This document shows positions 11,792 through 24,326 of a stretch of DNA of 34,395 nucleotides, piece after piece. The DNA is from Bugula neritina (taxonomy: Eukaryota; Animalia; Bryozoa), in assembly GCA_964035545.1 (NCBI GenBank), contig CAXIUT010000201.1, forward strand, positions 1 to 34,395, written 5' to 3'. The notes under the pieces were generated by a model that was not told the origin of the DNA, did not search any database, and worked only from the letters and a program-made list of their open reading frames with translations. Made by a program: the position numbers and the translations under genes. Within the stretch, counting starts at the first letter, position 1. Each line of letters opens with the position of its first letter.

Positions 11792-12824
11792 ATGTTGAAA
11801 AATTTTGACTTCTTTAGAAAGATACAAACTGACCAATAACTAACCTCTGCCACTGGAGGAATATTCACTATTGTGGCTCTTATAGTAACTACTTTATCAC
11901 TTAGATTGCTGGTATTTTGATCATTTTGTCTTTACAAGATTTCTACCAAGAAAAATATTACACTTTTCTTGCTATTAAAAATGACTATTCTGAATTTCTA
12001 CCTATGCGTATCGATGTCACCTTTCACAAACTTCCCTGCTAAGGTATAGATATCTTAGTTCAGCTCTTGGTATTGAGTTTCATGATGAACTTTAGTATGT
12101 TGAAAAAAAATTGGAAGACAAGCTGCCTATGTTCAGTATAGCCAAAGATGGAAAATAGGAGAAATATACAAGGACTTAAGATAGAGCTAAAGAGAAGGAA
12201 GCATTAACTCATCATTTGAAGTAAGGATTTAAATGCAGAGTGCAGGGAACTATCAATTTGCCTAAAGTATGATATTTAGTTATGCAGACACCGGGGACAT
12301 TAACATTCGGAGCAAGTGGACAGGATAACTTGGTTTGGTAGGTCGATCAGAATCTTCAAGGAGGTGTTAAGTTGAATTATCGTTTGGATTCTTTGAATTT
12401 CGGGTTGGGAGACAACATTTTTGATTTTCCTATAGCTCACAAATCCAAAAACATTTAAAACTATATCAAATATCTCTAGGGAGATGTTAATAATCGTACT
12501 GTGGTTCAGGATTATTCAACTGAAGATAGTCGTCTAAACTTTTTGAACCATATAAAGATCATTCCAGTGGTAATAGAGGGAGAAGGGAAGAAGGCTGATA
12601 GTGAAAACTATCGTTATTCATTACGAGCTGGTTCTACTTTTAGTAACTAACCTTTTCCTAAGTTGATGTTGATGACAGAGATCGAGCCGATTAATATCGT
12701 GTATAAGAAGCATGAGCCTGAACTATACTAGTTTGTTCGACAGTTATTGGCAATCGTTGGAGGCACTGTGGCAACAATAGGTCTTTTTAATTCTTTGGGT
12801 CATTTCTTATTTGGTATTAAATGA
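11792..12824 (+). CDS. ER-Golgi intermediate compartment protein (ERGIC/Erv41-Erv46 family)
   Basis: MLKNFDFFRK...SATGGIFTI...IDVTFHKLPC...CRVQGTINLPKTPG...EPINIVY...LLAIVGG. Introns at 11885-11904, 12044-12063 and 12267-12287. Confidence 0.88.
11885..11904 (+). other. 20-nt spliceosomal intron
   Basis: GTAACTACTTTATCACTTAG; removal restores the reading frame. Confidence 0.88.
12044..12063 (+). other. 20-nt spliceosomal intron
   Basis: GTATAGATATCTTAGTTCAG; removal restores the reading frame. Confidence 0.85.
12267..12287 (+). other. 21-nt spliceosomal intron containing an in-frame TGA
   Basis: GTATGATATTTAGTTATGCAG; removal gives LPK-TPG, matching the family NKV-xG motif. Confidence 0.85.
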
Positions 12825-12849
12825 TTATTAGAATTGATTATTATGAATA

Positions 12850-14203
12850 TCATTTCTTTTTTGTTTTTTATTTATATTTATTACTCCTATTTACCTATTT
12901 ATACTAAGATCCTTTGAATATTTATTACTTATATGTCTGTTATAAATCTAGATTGGCTGCATTGCTTTTTTTGATAAATCTATATTAACCAATTCATACG
13001 ATAGAAATATGATGATGACGAGTACAAAACTGACAGTAAGCCAGATAAATATATTTTTATCTTAGTTATTTTTTTTAATTTCCAACAACTCTACACTACA
13101 ACTACTATTATGGCAATAAGATTTGAGACATAGATCTTAGTTATTTTTATATTTTTTAGCAATGAATTAAAAAGAAGTCTATTGAATTGATTTTTATCTT
13201 TTGTATATTTTTTTTTATGTCATGTTATAGACAATATTATCAATGAATAATGTATTACCGTAATATGATGCTTTACTAATAGGACCAATGTCTATCATTA
13301 AATCATACTATCTTTTGATCGTACATATTTTCTTAGAAATTTAGAAGTTTATTATATATATTTTTTATGATGTGATGATGTATATGGTCTATCCGTATTG
13401 ATTTTCAGGTAGGATGTAGTGTATGTTGGGAATGTATGGACAATTTTGTGAAATATATACGTATTTATTCGTGTCTAGCATTGATAGCCAATTAGATTTT
13501 GTGATTATGATTGGATAGGGGTGGTGATCTGATATTATACTTATTTATGATTTTAAATTTTAAAGGTATAATTTTAATTTACTACTGCCTGATTCATCAT
13601 ATACTCTATATCTATTTATAGTTACTCTATTGTGCCATCCTAGTATGCTATAAATAATTATACTTTATCTTTTGATCGATATCTGGCTATTCCTCCCACG
13701 ATCTGACTGGTACTTGTGAATTATGCCAATTTCAGAATATTTTGAAATTTGTTCTATTCATATATATGATATAAGTTGTTATCTTGACTGATAAAGTAGA
13801 TTATTCCTGATTGGCTGACTCCTCGGTCGCTGATGATATACTTTATTTGGATGTTTAGAGATGAGATTAGTTTGCATTATGTATCGTATATTTTGGCTTT
13901 ATTCTATTAAGGATAGTTTATTGCTAAGAAGATGTCATTGTTTGTTTGTATTATGAAACTTTTTAGTTGAGTTGAGGTGTATTTGCATTTGGGAGTGAAT
14001 TATAAGGAGGATGATTGGTAGTTGGGGAGAAGTTCTTAATATGGTAGATGATTATTGGTTTGTGAATTATATCTTTTATGGGCTAGTAGTTGATTTTAAG
14101 TTTAAAGTTGTTCTATTTTGAGTTAAAGTTGTATGATTTAAGGTGTGAAAGAGGAAACTAAGATAAGAAACCACAAGAATATTATCAAGTTGTTTATATT
14201 CAT
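12850..14203 (-). CDS. Hypothetical type I membrane protein
   Basis: Signal-peptide-like MNINNLIIFLWFLILVSS and a TM segment IFIWLTVSFVLVIIIFLSY near the C-terminus. Several frame breaks; the 3' end is approximate. Confidence 0.45.
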
Positions 14204-14326
14204 AAAATTTTAAATCTAATTCAAAAATTGTTGTTTAAAATTATCTATTTATCTAAGTCATAATCGATATTAACTGATGAATTGTATCGATAGATATTTT
14301 AAGTGGATTTGTATAATATTTAATTA

Positions 14327-14407
14327 GGGGTTGGGGTTGGGGTTGGGGTTGGGGTTGGGGTTGGGGTTGGGGTTGGGGTTGGGGTTGGGGTTGGGGTTGG
14401 GGTTGGG
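14327..14407. repeat. Internal telomeric tract (TTGGGG)n, right telomere of the first molecule
   Basis: 81 nt of perfect G4T2 ending TTGGG, followed directly by coding sequence. Confidence 0.97.
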
Positions 14408-15536
14408 AAGAAAGACCATCAGAAAGAGTTTGTAAAACAAAGATAAATTATTCAACAACAAGTTGCTTAACATAAAAAGTAATAATAATCAGAGCAAGTT
14501 TAAACAGTAGATATCATGGAATAAAATCAAAATATACTTACTGGAAAATACTATGATTACTTCAAAAATGTCTTTGAAAAACATCAAGAAAAAGCTCAAA
14601 AATATTATGATCAAAAAGATGGATAAAATAAAATAGATTAGGAAAAGGAAGATGAAGGAAGCAAAGAAATAGATACAAATAAACCTGAAAAATGGAGTCG
14701 ATCACAAAGAAAAAAGATGAGATGGCTTCGAGTTGCTGATCTTAAAGCTAGAGTTAGAAGACCAGATCTTGTATAGGCATGGGATATTACTGCTCCAGAT
14801 CCTTTGTTTTTATGCTAATTGAAAACTTTGAAAAAACAGCATACCTGTTCCTCGACATTGGAACCAGAAATCTAAATTTTTGCAAACTAAAAGAGGTATT
14901 CTTAAACCAATGTTCAAGTTACCTGAGTTTATAGAAGCTACAGGTATAAGTAAACTGAGAGATCCTTTTTCAGAGCGAGATGGTTCGAAGATGGTTCGTG
15001 AAAAGCTCAGAGAAAGGATGAATCCTAAACTTGGCAAAATTGATATTGAGTATTCAGTTCTTCATGATGCTTTTTTCAAGTATCAAACTAAAAGTGATCT
15101 CACGGTATTTGGAGATGCATATTATGAAGGTAAAGAGGATTAGTCTAAGGCGAAAGCAGTATAAACCTGGACTGATAAGTGAGGCTTTAAGAATGGCTTT
15201 AGGTGTTTCTGACTATCAGGCGCCACCTTGGATTATAAATATGCAAAGATATGGAGCTCCTCCTAGTTATCCAAACTCTTAGAATTCTTGGTTCAACGGT
15301 TCCTTTTTCACAGGTGGCAAGTTATTCGATTATCAATAAGTCAGGATTAGAAGAGGTGGCTAGGAAGTTAGGTCAGCCAGGTCTATATGCTACTTTTAGG
15401 ACAATACTATGAGTAAGAGGAATAAGAATTCGTGGATAAGGGATATTGGGGACAGGTAACAAACTTGGATGACATTCATGATGAAGCTCCTAATGAAGAA
15501 GATTGGCGGGAGGCCTAAGATGAATCGTAATTATGA
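14408..15536 (+). CDS. SF3B2: Splicing factor 3B subunit 2 (SAP145/Cus1), probably 5'-truncated
   Basis: RPDLVEAWDITAPDP...IPVPRHW...KRGILKPMFKLPEFIEATGI...PKLGKIDIEYSVLHDAFFKYQ...PPWIINMQRYGAPPSYP. The frame is open from the telomere junction; several 1-nt indels. Confidence 0.92.
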
Positions 15537-15576
15537 TTTGGAAATCATATTCTTATTTCATCATTATTTATTAAAT

Positions 15577-16495
15577 ATGATTAAAATAATAGCCAAAGCA
15601 TTCCAGTTGAGAACGATCTTTAATCAAAGACAAATGCTGTTTTGTACAAAAAAAGTATAAAATATTCCAACAGATTTATCTTCTAAATTTACTGATAAAG
15701 GAATAGAGGAAACTAAAGAAAAAATCATCACAGCTGGTAAAAATCATATTAATGAAGGTCGTTCGTGGAAGGCATCTTAATTGAGAATCAAATCAACTGA
15801 GGACTTGCATAAGTTATGGTATGTTTGTGTGAGATAAAAAAATCTTGTTCTGGCTGATTAATTGGCTATGCAGCATGATCCTACTCATAAAAGAAAAGGA
15901 GGTAAAATTAGAAGAGTTTTAAAAGCTGCAATTAACTATGAGAAGAATTTTATTTGTAATTAATGAAAGAGAACAAATTAAAAAATCATTTAAAAAATAA
16001 CTTGAAGATGAATACATATAAAAAAAGAGAAACTAACTTCAAAATTAACTTAATAAGGCTCCTTAACCACTGCCATCAATTAGTCTTGAATTATTAAAAG
16101 CCAAGTATCAAGCTTTGAGGAAAGGAGTCGATAATGTTGATTATCTAGAGAAAATATGTATTTTTAGAATATTTAGTTGCCAGAAGAGAGCAGACTAAGG
16201 AAAGGTTCAAAAGAGCTGAGTAAAGAGTAACTCAACTAGATCCTTAAAAAGAGTTTTAGTCTTTTTGGGCTCATGAAATGACTATAGGAGAAAGACCAAC
16301 TCAGATGGAAATCTTGAAATCTCATGTTAGAACTGGAAAGGTTTAAATTTAAAGCAAAGGAAAATTGTTCTTGGATTTTTAAATGCTCGTAGATCAAAAG
16401 ATGCAAAGGCCTAATTCAGAAAATAGTTGAAGATTTTAGGTCAAAAAATAGCATTTTAATAGGCAAAAAGTCGAACTGAATCAGCAAATCAATGA
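15577..16495 (+). CDS. MRPL47: Mitochondrial ribosomal protein uL29m
   Basis: [30 protein letters not shown] and a targeting-like N-terminus. Probable tiny introns near 15737-15757 and 16158-16176, plus indels. Confidence 0.85.
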
Positions 16496-16541
16496 TAAAT
16501 AATAGTAATATAAAATCAATATTTTTTTTGAACAAGTTTAT

Positions 16542-18224
16542 TCATCTTTCTAACTAGCTGTTTTCCCATATCAATACAATAATTTTGATTTTTAAAAGTT
16601 TATAAATTATTATTAATACTTCTATAGCATGTCTCTTAAGGAATAGCTATGGGTTTAGTCATTATTTTTTTTATTTCTCTTTAGCTTTCAAAATTGTCAC
16701 TATCATTGATGTATTGTAGGAAATTATTGAGTTAGTTATAGACATTTTGAGGGGTATTATTGGTTAGTTTAATGTGTGTTTTTAAGAGAGTTGCTTGTGA
16801 GGGTAATTTTTTCTTTTTTCCTGATTCTATTTATGAAGTTTCTTTGACAGTTGAAGGTGCGAATGATTTTTAACTCATGAAGTATGGTTATGTTTTTTTA
16901 AGGATAGAAAATCTAGAGTTCATTTTAGTGAATCTTAATAATTTTTGAGATTTTGATTGATTTGAACTGGTCATTTTCTTTAATCTGGATTTACTATAGT
17001 TATTATCTTTATTTTATTTATTGTTTTTTAGAGTTATTATCTTTATCTTTTATTTTATTTTATGTTTTATATAATTTTTTAATAGAAGTAGGTTATTCTT
17101 AATTGATCCATCTAACTGTTCTAGTTTTACTTTTATATTGATCTTTTAATTTGAATTATAACTAGCTATCTATTTAATTAGATTTAATTGATTTTTTTGA
17201 TTTTAGACTAGTTTATGAAAATTTTATAGAAATGACTGATCTTCCAGTCCATAAACTTTTTTAACTTCCATTTTATGATATCTAAAAATTAGATTTTTTA
17301 TGTTTAGTTTTAGCGAATGATGTTTTTTATTTATTTCTTGATAATATTGTATGTTTACTCTATTGATTTTCATTAGTAAATTTACTTTTCCTGTTTGTTT
17401 TATTTTTTTTTAATTGATAGAAAATAAAACTGTTTTTTTTTTACCTTCTGTTCTCTTTCTAAAAGCACCTCTTTTTATAGATTAAGTATCGAATTAATTT
17501 TTTGATATTCTTTTATCTTTTCTCTCCATGTTTCTTCTTGAACTTATAACTGAACTACCATAATTAGAAAAATTATCACTTGATTCATTATTTGATTTTA
17601 AATTATTTAAATTAGATCTTCTCTTTTCATGATGTTTATTGTTAGTTATAGGATAGATGTTTATATTGTGATCTTTTTAATATTCTTAAAGGATCCCATT
17701 TTATAATATAGGATTATCTATTGAAGTTCTTACTCTATTATAGTTTCTTTTTTTGAATCCTAGTTTATTTTATTTGTTGTATTTGTTTTAAGAAGGTTGT
17801 TTGTTTACTTAAGAAACTGTTTAGTATTGTGATCTATAAGTACTTTGTTTTTAGTCTTTCATTGATATTTGTGATACATTTATTGTTTTTTCTTTAAAAA
17901 ATTATTAAATTTAGGTCTTTCTGTACGTTCATTATCTTCATTTTCAATAGCTGATATTGATTTTTATGGACATATTTTCATAGATTTATATGTTATATTT
18001 TTTCTGAGTATTTTCTTCTTTTAGGCTTTAAAACCAAACAAACCATTTTGGTTTTGAGGTGGTAGTATTTACTATTCTTAATAATAGTTCATCCACTAAT
18101 TATCTGAATAGTTGTTTTTGGTTTATTAGTTTTGAGGTTTTGATCTATGAGTATGAGTTTGAATAGGAATTACTTATCCTATTATGTATTGAAAAATCTA
18201 GGGAAAGTTGTATTGTCGTATCAT
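16542..18224 (-). CDS. Hypothetical low-complexity K/N/E-rich coiled-coil protein
   Basis: Long minus-strand frames with few TGA, broken by indels. Boundaries are approximate. Confidence 0.4.
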
Positions 18225-18369
18225 GTTCTTGGTTTCTTCTATCTTATAATTAAGAATAAGAACATTATTTTATATATTAAATTCAATTCAGAAGATAATC
18301 TATTAAAAAACTATATCAAAGATATAAAAATATTCCTTCTTATTAGTTTTTGTTTTATCTCAAATTCAA

Positions 18370-18561
18370 ATGCAAAAAATTAGAATTTATTCTGTTTCGA
18401 TATTTAAAAGTTATTTCTTTAAATAATTATCTATTGTTTCTTTACTGAGTGAACCTGATGTCAATGGACCATAATGGTCTGAAATAGGTCAAGTTTATCT
18501 CCAAGATAGAGAAAAGTATTTTAGAATAGCTAAATAATGGACTTAGAAATATGCAAGATGA
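18370..18561 (+). pseudogene. Ubiquitin-conjugating enzyme (UBC4/5-like) C-terminal fragment
   Basis: LSIVSLLSEPDVNGPEWSEIGQVYLQDREKYFRIAKEWTEKYAR then TGA matches the E2 C-terminal helices. No intact HPN/catalytic-Cys core is in frame upstream. Confidence 0.65.
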
Positions 18562-18609
18562 TTCTCTAAATTTATGATTTTAATTTTTAATATTGAAATA
18601 ATTATAGAT

Positions 18610-19124
18610 ATGTAGGCCAATCAAATATCAGTGTATGCTAAGCATATGTGGTCATACAACTATGACCATTCTGGAAATAGACTAACAAGAAACTTAAAAA
18701 GTCCCATTGGTTGGTATCCTATAGCTCTCGATAAATAAGTAAAGCAAAATGGTAAATCAAAATACAACTTAAAGACTAAGGCTGCTACTGGTGATGTTCG
18801 ATTTGGAGTGGTTGCTAAAAAGATGATAAAAGATAACGCTTGGACTCGAGAGCAATTTATTTTTTGGATATTAATCAGTCGGGATTAAATAAAAAGAGTT
18901 GCATTTTGTTATTTGATAAAGGAAATAAAAGATCTTAGTTTTTGGGAGTAGGAGAGATGGAATTTAATATGGAAGTTGATGCTAAAAATCGACGAATTGC
19001 TTGGTATAACAAAAGCAAATTGCTAGTTGAAATGTAGATTCCAAATACAATACAGTATCCTATGTGTGCTTTCTTTTCATTAAAGAATACAAATGACTGG
19101 TGCTAATTAACACTTGTTTAATGA
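18610..19124 (+). CDS. Small SPRY/B30.2-like beta-sandwich protein
   Basis: GDVRFGVV...FNMEVDAKNRRIAWYNKSK...PMCAFFSL. One indel in the T-run near 18860. Confidence 0.55.
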
Positions 19125-19182
19125 TTAATTTAGATTAGAATTAGTTATTAAAAGATTAGTTTAGTTATCAAAAATATAGATA

Positions 19183-20612
19183 TCACCACATGATTCTTCC
19201 TTGTCCGAATGTATTAGAAAATTAAAAGAAAATAAAGTAGCCTAGAACAAGTAAATTAACAGCTACTTTAATCAAAGTTGTCCAAATCAGTCTTTATTTA
19301 GAATTTAATCTGTTTTATGCTTTATGGATTCCTTATACGTCAATATTGAAGTTTTTATTTTATAGTTCAAATGAAAGCATCAAAAAGGTATAGCAAAGTA
19401 TCTGAATTCAACTAATTATGAAAAGCAGATGTATCCGAAAGTAGCTCCCATCCACAATATAAATTTTATCAGCTTTAATTCCGAGTTGACCATTTGTTTG
19501 AAGATAAATTGAAAGGAAAAAGCATAGGCCAGACAAAGAGCATATTTGAATATATCTCTTTAAGGATATAGCGATAGATGTAGAAAGTGTAGTGTCTGTT
19601 ATCATCTCTGATGAAAGGATGGATAAGAGTGTACTTATCTATGCAGATAATTGAGATAGAGAGTAGAAAGAGGTAAGTAGCTAGTGAATGTCTGGATAGA
19701 TATATTCTTTGTAAGAAGTTGTAGAATGAGTTTATGTATTCACCGATTGTTATAGGTAGGTTGAGCATACAGAAGAAAGCCAGGTATAGCATTTGATTAG
19801 GGTGAAAGACGAGTTTATGATGTGAATGATCTCCGAAAACCAATCTTCCTTAGTTGTAGAATTGTAGGTAGAGATTGAAAATGATGATTATCAATATTTG
19901 AAATCTATTTTGAGCTAGGATTTGCCGTTTATGAGTGAAGATGATTTTGACGATAGTTGTGAAGTGTTTTGGTATTGATTTTGGAACAAGAATTTGTTTT
20001 TTATGATCTTGAAGGACTCTGTATATTATGAAATATAAAATCCAAATAAGGTTGTTTTGTCGAACAAAGATGGCTATTAGTGAAACAAATCCTAACCTCC
20101 ACTCACTTTTAGTCAGATTGTAGTAGAACATGATAGTGATTAGAGTTATGCTGGCTGTATCAGTATAGTCTAGAAAGTTGAAAAAGTATATAGTTGGTGT
20201 AAGTGCGAGATTGAGTGCTCTTGAAAAGGTTACTTGGACAAATTGCTACGAAATCATAGATCTTTAGGACATATACTACAAAGATATTTGAAAAGAGAAG
20301 ACAGTTGAGGGTTCTTATGACTGAGAGGTCTGGAGGAAGAAAAGTAGAAAAGAGTCTTTGAATAAGGTAAAGTCCGGGAGGTGTGGTGAGTTTAGGTTCC
20401 CATAGGTTGAACTGGTTGTTATGATAGAAGGAGAACTGTCGATAGTGAAACTCTTAATCCATGTAGGTGTCAGGGATATTTTTATTGACGAAGTAAAGGA
20501 TGATGAGATTGGGGATATTGATGATGAAGAGTAGTTTGAGGATGGAGTTTCTTTGTTGCAGGATGGGTGTTTTTTTCTATTTGAAGCCAAGCAAAGATTA
20601 GATGACTTTCAT
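19183..20612 (-). CDS. ALG10: Dol-P-Glc alpha-1,2-glucosyltransferase
   Basis: YMDEEFH...WEPKLTTPPGLY...YTDT...RQNNLIW...GDHSHH...HPFIRDDNRHYTFY...EFRYF...RIMW then TGA. A few indels. Confidence 0.93.
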
Positions 20613-20629
20613 TGATAGTTTATATCAAA

Positions 20630-22402
20630 TCATTGGAATTGAGTTAATTTATAATGCAAGAATATCATCGATGACCTATTGTCTTATTTTTACTTTTGCT
20701 CTTCAGGTTTCTCTTTCTTCCTTTCTTCTTTAACTTCTTGCCAGTCGATACCATGTTATAGTATGGACTTTTGTCCTACCAACGCAAAGGAGATATCTAT
20801 GTTGGCAGATCAGCAACTACTAGAGCTTTCATGAGACACTAGGTTGAGGCGTGTCCATGGCCGCCTACTTTCATCTTTATTTTTTAGATTTATTCAAGTA
20901 CATCAGCATTGTATTTTTTGACATTTTAGTTGCTCATAGGATCAAATTTGACTGGACTTTGGAAGCGGACATGGCTGGTCATAGGTCTTTTTACATTTTA
21001 CTTTTTGGTGTCTAAGGAGTGAGTGAAGCCGATATTATTTCTTTTTTTGAACTGATCGATAGGTTGTTCATAAGATTTTTAAGTTTATTTCTTTGGTCAT
21101 AGGTGGGATAATTACTAATATGATTTTATGGTAATACAAATGGATCTTTTGTGAGATCGACGATTGTTGCTTTTTCATTTTATTGATTTTATTTATCCTT
21201 TTAAGTTTGTAATTTAGTAATTTTAATATTAGATTTATGATTTGTTTTAGCAGACATTAGTCTTCTGCTCTAATTTCTTCTATTAATCTCTTTTCTTAGA
21301 GATGATTTTACTCTAGCATAGTATACATACTTTTATGCTAACTATTTATCTTATCTAACAGCTTGAACAGTTTTTGTTCTTATTAGATGAGTATATTTAT
21401 TGAGGTTTCCGTTGGCTGATTTCATTTGTTAGGTTGGTTATTATATTTTGATTGTTTTGCTGTAGGGTTTATAAGGCTTTTTTTATTAGTTTACATATAG
21501 ATACTCTTATTAGTCACTACTTTAATTACTATTGTTCTATTTTACTTATTAGTGATCTGATTCATTTTGATTTTCATCTGGAATTAGTTGTTGTGATTGT
21601 CTGACTATTTACGATTTCATCCAGGTTTATTATTTATGTCTGACTACTGCTGATTTGGGTATCGGATATTTTTTTGAGGAAGTTTTGGTTTCTATGGTTA
21701 TTCTTATGGTTCTTTTGTTTATATTGTTTTAAGAATGGCATATAGTTGTTAGTAGAAAGGCTAGTACTATGGATGACTTGTTCTATGCTTTAGATAAAAT
21801 CTTTGCTTATTGCTAACTATTACTGTATATCTGTAGTAACTGAGTGAATAAAAGGTACATTATCTGATATAGATGTCTTAAGTGTTTTGATATTTTTGGT
21901 TGATTGATTCATTTTTGATGATTATGGTCTTGGCTTGGAGGTTGGTTTGTTGTTAGGACGAGAGGCTGTATAGGGTCGAAGGAAGGAGACTACATTTTTG
22001 TTCCAAGTTCCTGTTTTAGGTCTTACTATATCTACTTCTTAAGACTATTTTTTATTATTGACGATATTTAGGAGGTTATTGAGTTTTGATGAGGCTATTT
22101 ATACCTTTTTATGATCATTGCGATTGTACATTTTTTATACTTCAATAAAGAACTTTTCTCTGAGTTCTGATTTTATAACAGGAGTTAGTTGAAGTAGGAA
22201 GTATAGTTCTTTGATAAGGTTTTTTCTGAACTAGAGATCACTTCTTGACATATCATTTTTTTACGATATTGACGAGTCTTCTGTAAATAGGATTGGATAA
22301 GAAGATAGGGTCATCAAGTTTTGAGATGTCAAGGTTGAGTTCTGAGCAGACTGAGGCAGTTTATTTGTTTAATCTGGGAGTCTACGTTGGTTTGGACTAC
22401 AT
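20630..22402 (-). CDS. Hypothetical protein
   Basis: Long minus-strand frames under TAR=Glu, broken by indels. No recognised domain; boundaries are approximate. Confidence 0.4.
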
Positions 22403-22566
22403 TTTCTAAAGGAATTATATTCTATGATGTTAGTAAAAATAAACTAATTTAAATTGAAGTCACTAAATCAAATGAGTTAAAGCAGTTTTCTTGACTTTGT
22501 GATACAATCAAAGTACTTTTTTGAAGTTAAATTTTGATAAATTTTGTATTTTTAATAATCAAAATT

Positions 22567-24258
22567 ATGAAAATAAAAACAGAGCTTACCTAAAGTAGAT
22601 CTCTAGAAAAGCCAAATATAAGAAAACAAACCTCATTTAAAATATTAAATCCTTCTCGTCTTCTTCCTCAAAAACCTGTTTAAAAAACAGCTTTTAATTT
22701 TCCATCTCAAATACATAATTAATAAAAGTTAAATAAATCTCCCATATTGCTTTAATCTCCTCTTTTAAAATCAAATCGATCTGAAAGACAATTTAATTTT
22801 CTTATCCTGAAGAATCAAGAAAAAAACCCTTAGCAATATTTAAGTTTTAAACCTCAATTGAATGGAAGTGACGTTAAGTCAAGTCCTGGTAAAAGAATGA
22901 ATTTAAACTTACCTCCATCTTTACTCTCTCATAACAAAGGTCTTGATGGAAATAAAAGAGATATAAAGAAAGGTGAAGGTTAAAAATAAAAATTTAAAAA
23001 AAACATATTGTATGAACCAAAATTATCAATAACACCAAAAAACTTTAAAGAATAAAAATTATCAAATTTAGGAAGTTAAGATTGGTTTAAAAATTCATCA
23101 CCTGGAAAAAGATTATCCATTTATTAAGTTTCTTCTCAAAGTAACAAAAGTGAGGATCCTATAAATAATTTTAAAGAGTGTTTAAAGATTCCTTCTAAAG
23201 GTAAGAGTAAAACACGTTCTTTGAGGAGTAGTCAAATAGAAGGTAAAAATTCAAAGGTTCCTTCTTTTATCATTTAAAAAGAAAAGGCAAAGAGTCAGAA
23301 GCTAAGCTCTAATAGCGAGAAAAGAGATAAAAAATTATTTTTATTAAAAATGATAGATTCAACTGAGGTGCTATCTAGATAGAATTCTGAATAAATTCCT
23401 TGTGAAAACTAGTTCCAAATTAACATCAAACCTGCTCAAAAGAAAAGAACAATTGATGATTTCTTAATGGTTAAAGAACTCGGCAGTGGATCATTTGGTA
23501 AGGCATATCTTGCCATGTAAAAGTAGTTACATTTTATATGCGTGTTAAAGGTGATATAGAAATAGAAGATGACATAATTCTAGGCAAACAACTTGTTGAG
23601 ATAGATAAAGATCCAATCTTATTTAAATCATTAGCATTTAACAAGTTTATATGGTTGTTTTTCTGATGATGCAAATATCTATCTTGTAATGTAGTTGCTT
23701 CCATGTGGAAACATCAAAGAGCGAGTGAATGAGAAAACAGTACCTGAGAGACAGGTTTCAAAGATAATATCTCAGATTTGTAAGGGTATTCGTTGTATGC
23801 ATGGGAATAGAATACTGCATAGAGATATAAAACCTGAAAATGTGTTTACTTTTTTGAATTATGTGAAGTTAGGTGATTTTGGTTGTGCTGTTCAAACTGA
23901 TAATACTCGTACTTCTTTTGTTGGGTCGCCTTGTTATCTCAGTCCTGAACAACTTAAGTTTTAAGAGTATGACTAAGCAGTAGATATGTGGGAAATTGGT
24001 ACTTTAACCTATGAATTACTGTTTAATCAGTGTCCTTTTTAGAGCGATATCATCTAGATGATGAAAGGTCAAAGAAATAGAAACACTTTATCTGATTTGG
24101 TTTTTCCTGAACAGATTTGTGTATCAGATGAGGCTAAAGATTTTATAAGAAGGAGTTTGAATAAAAATCCAGCATAAAGGATGAAGTTAAAAGATGCGAT
24201 AAATCATAAATTTTTAATAGTAGTAAATGAGCCAGAAATACCTCGATTATTTGATTGA
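22567..24258 (+). CDS. Aurora-like Ser/Thr kinase with long S/K-rich N-terminal extension
   Basis: LGSGSFGKAY...LKVI...REIKIQSYLNH...HRDIKPEN...DFG...RTSFVGSPCYLSPE...VDMW. Start and stop are in the same frame, 564 codons apart. Confidence 0.9.
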
Positions 24259-24326
24259 TTATTTTTAATATTTTGATTAATAGTTATCATATTGTAATAT
24301 TATATCCACAATTATAATAACTCTAA

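Noticed and set aside
12843-14150. Plus-strand hydrophobic frame with many TGA, suggesting TGA=Trp readthrough
   Set aside because: It is better explained as the antisense shadow of a minus-strand gene with a signal peptide and TM segment. Conserved Trp residues elsewhere use TGG.
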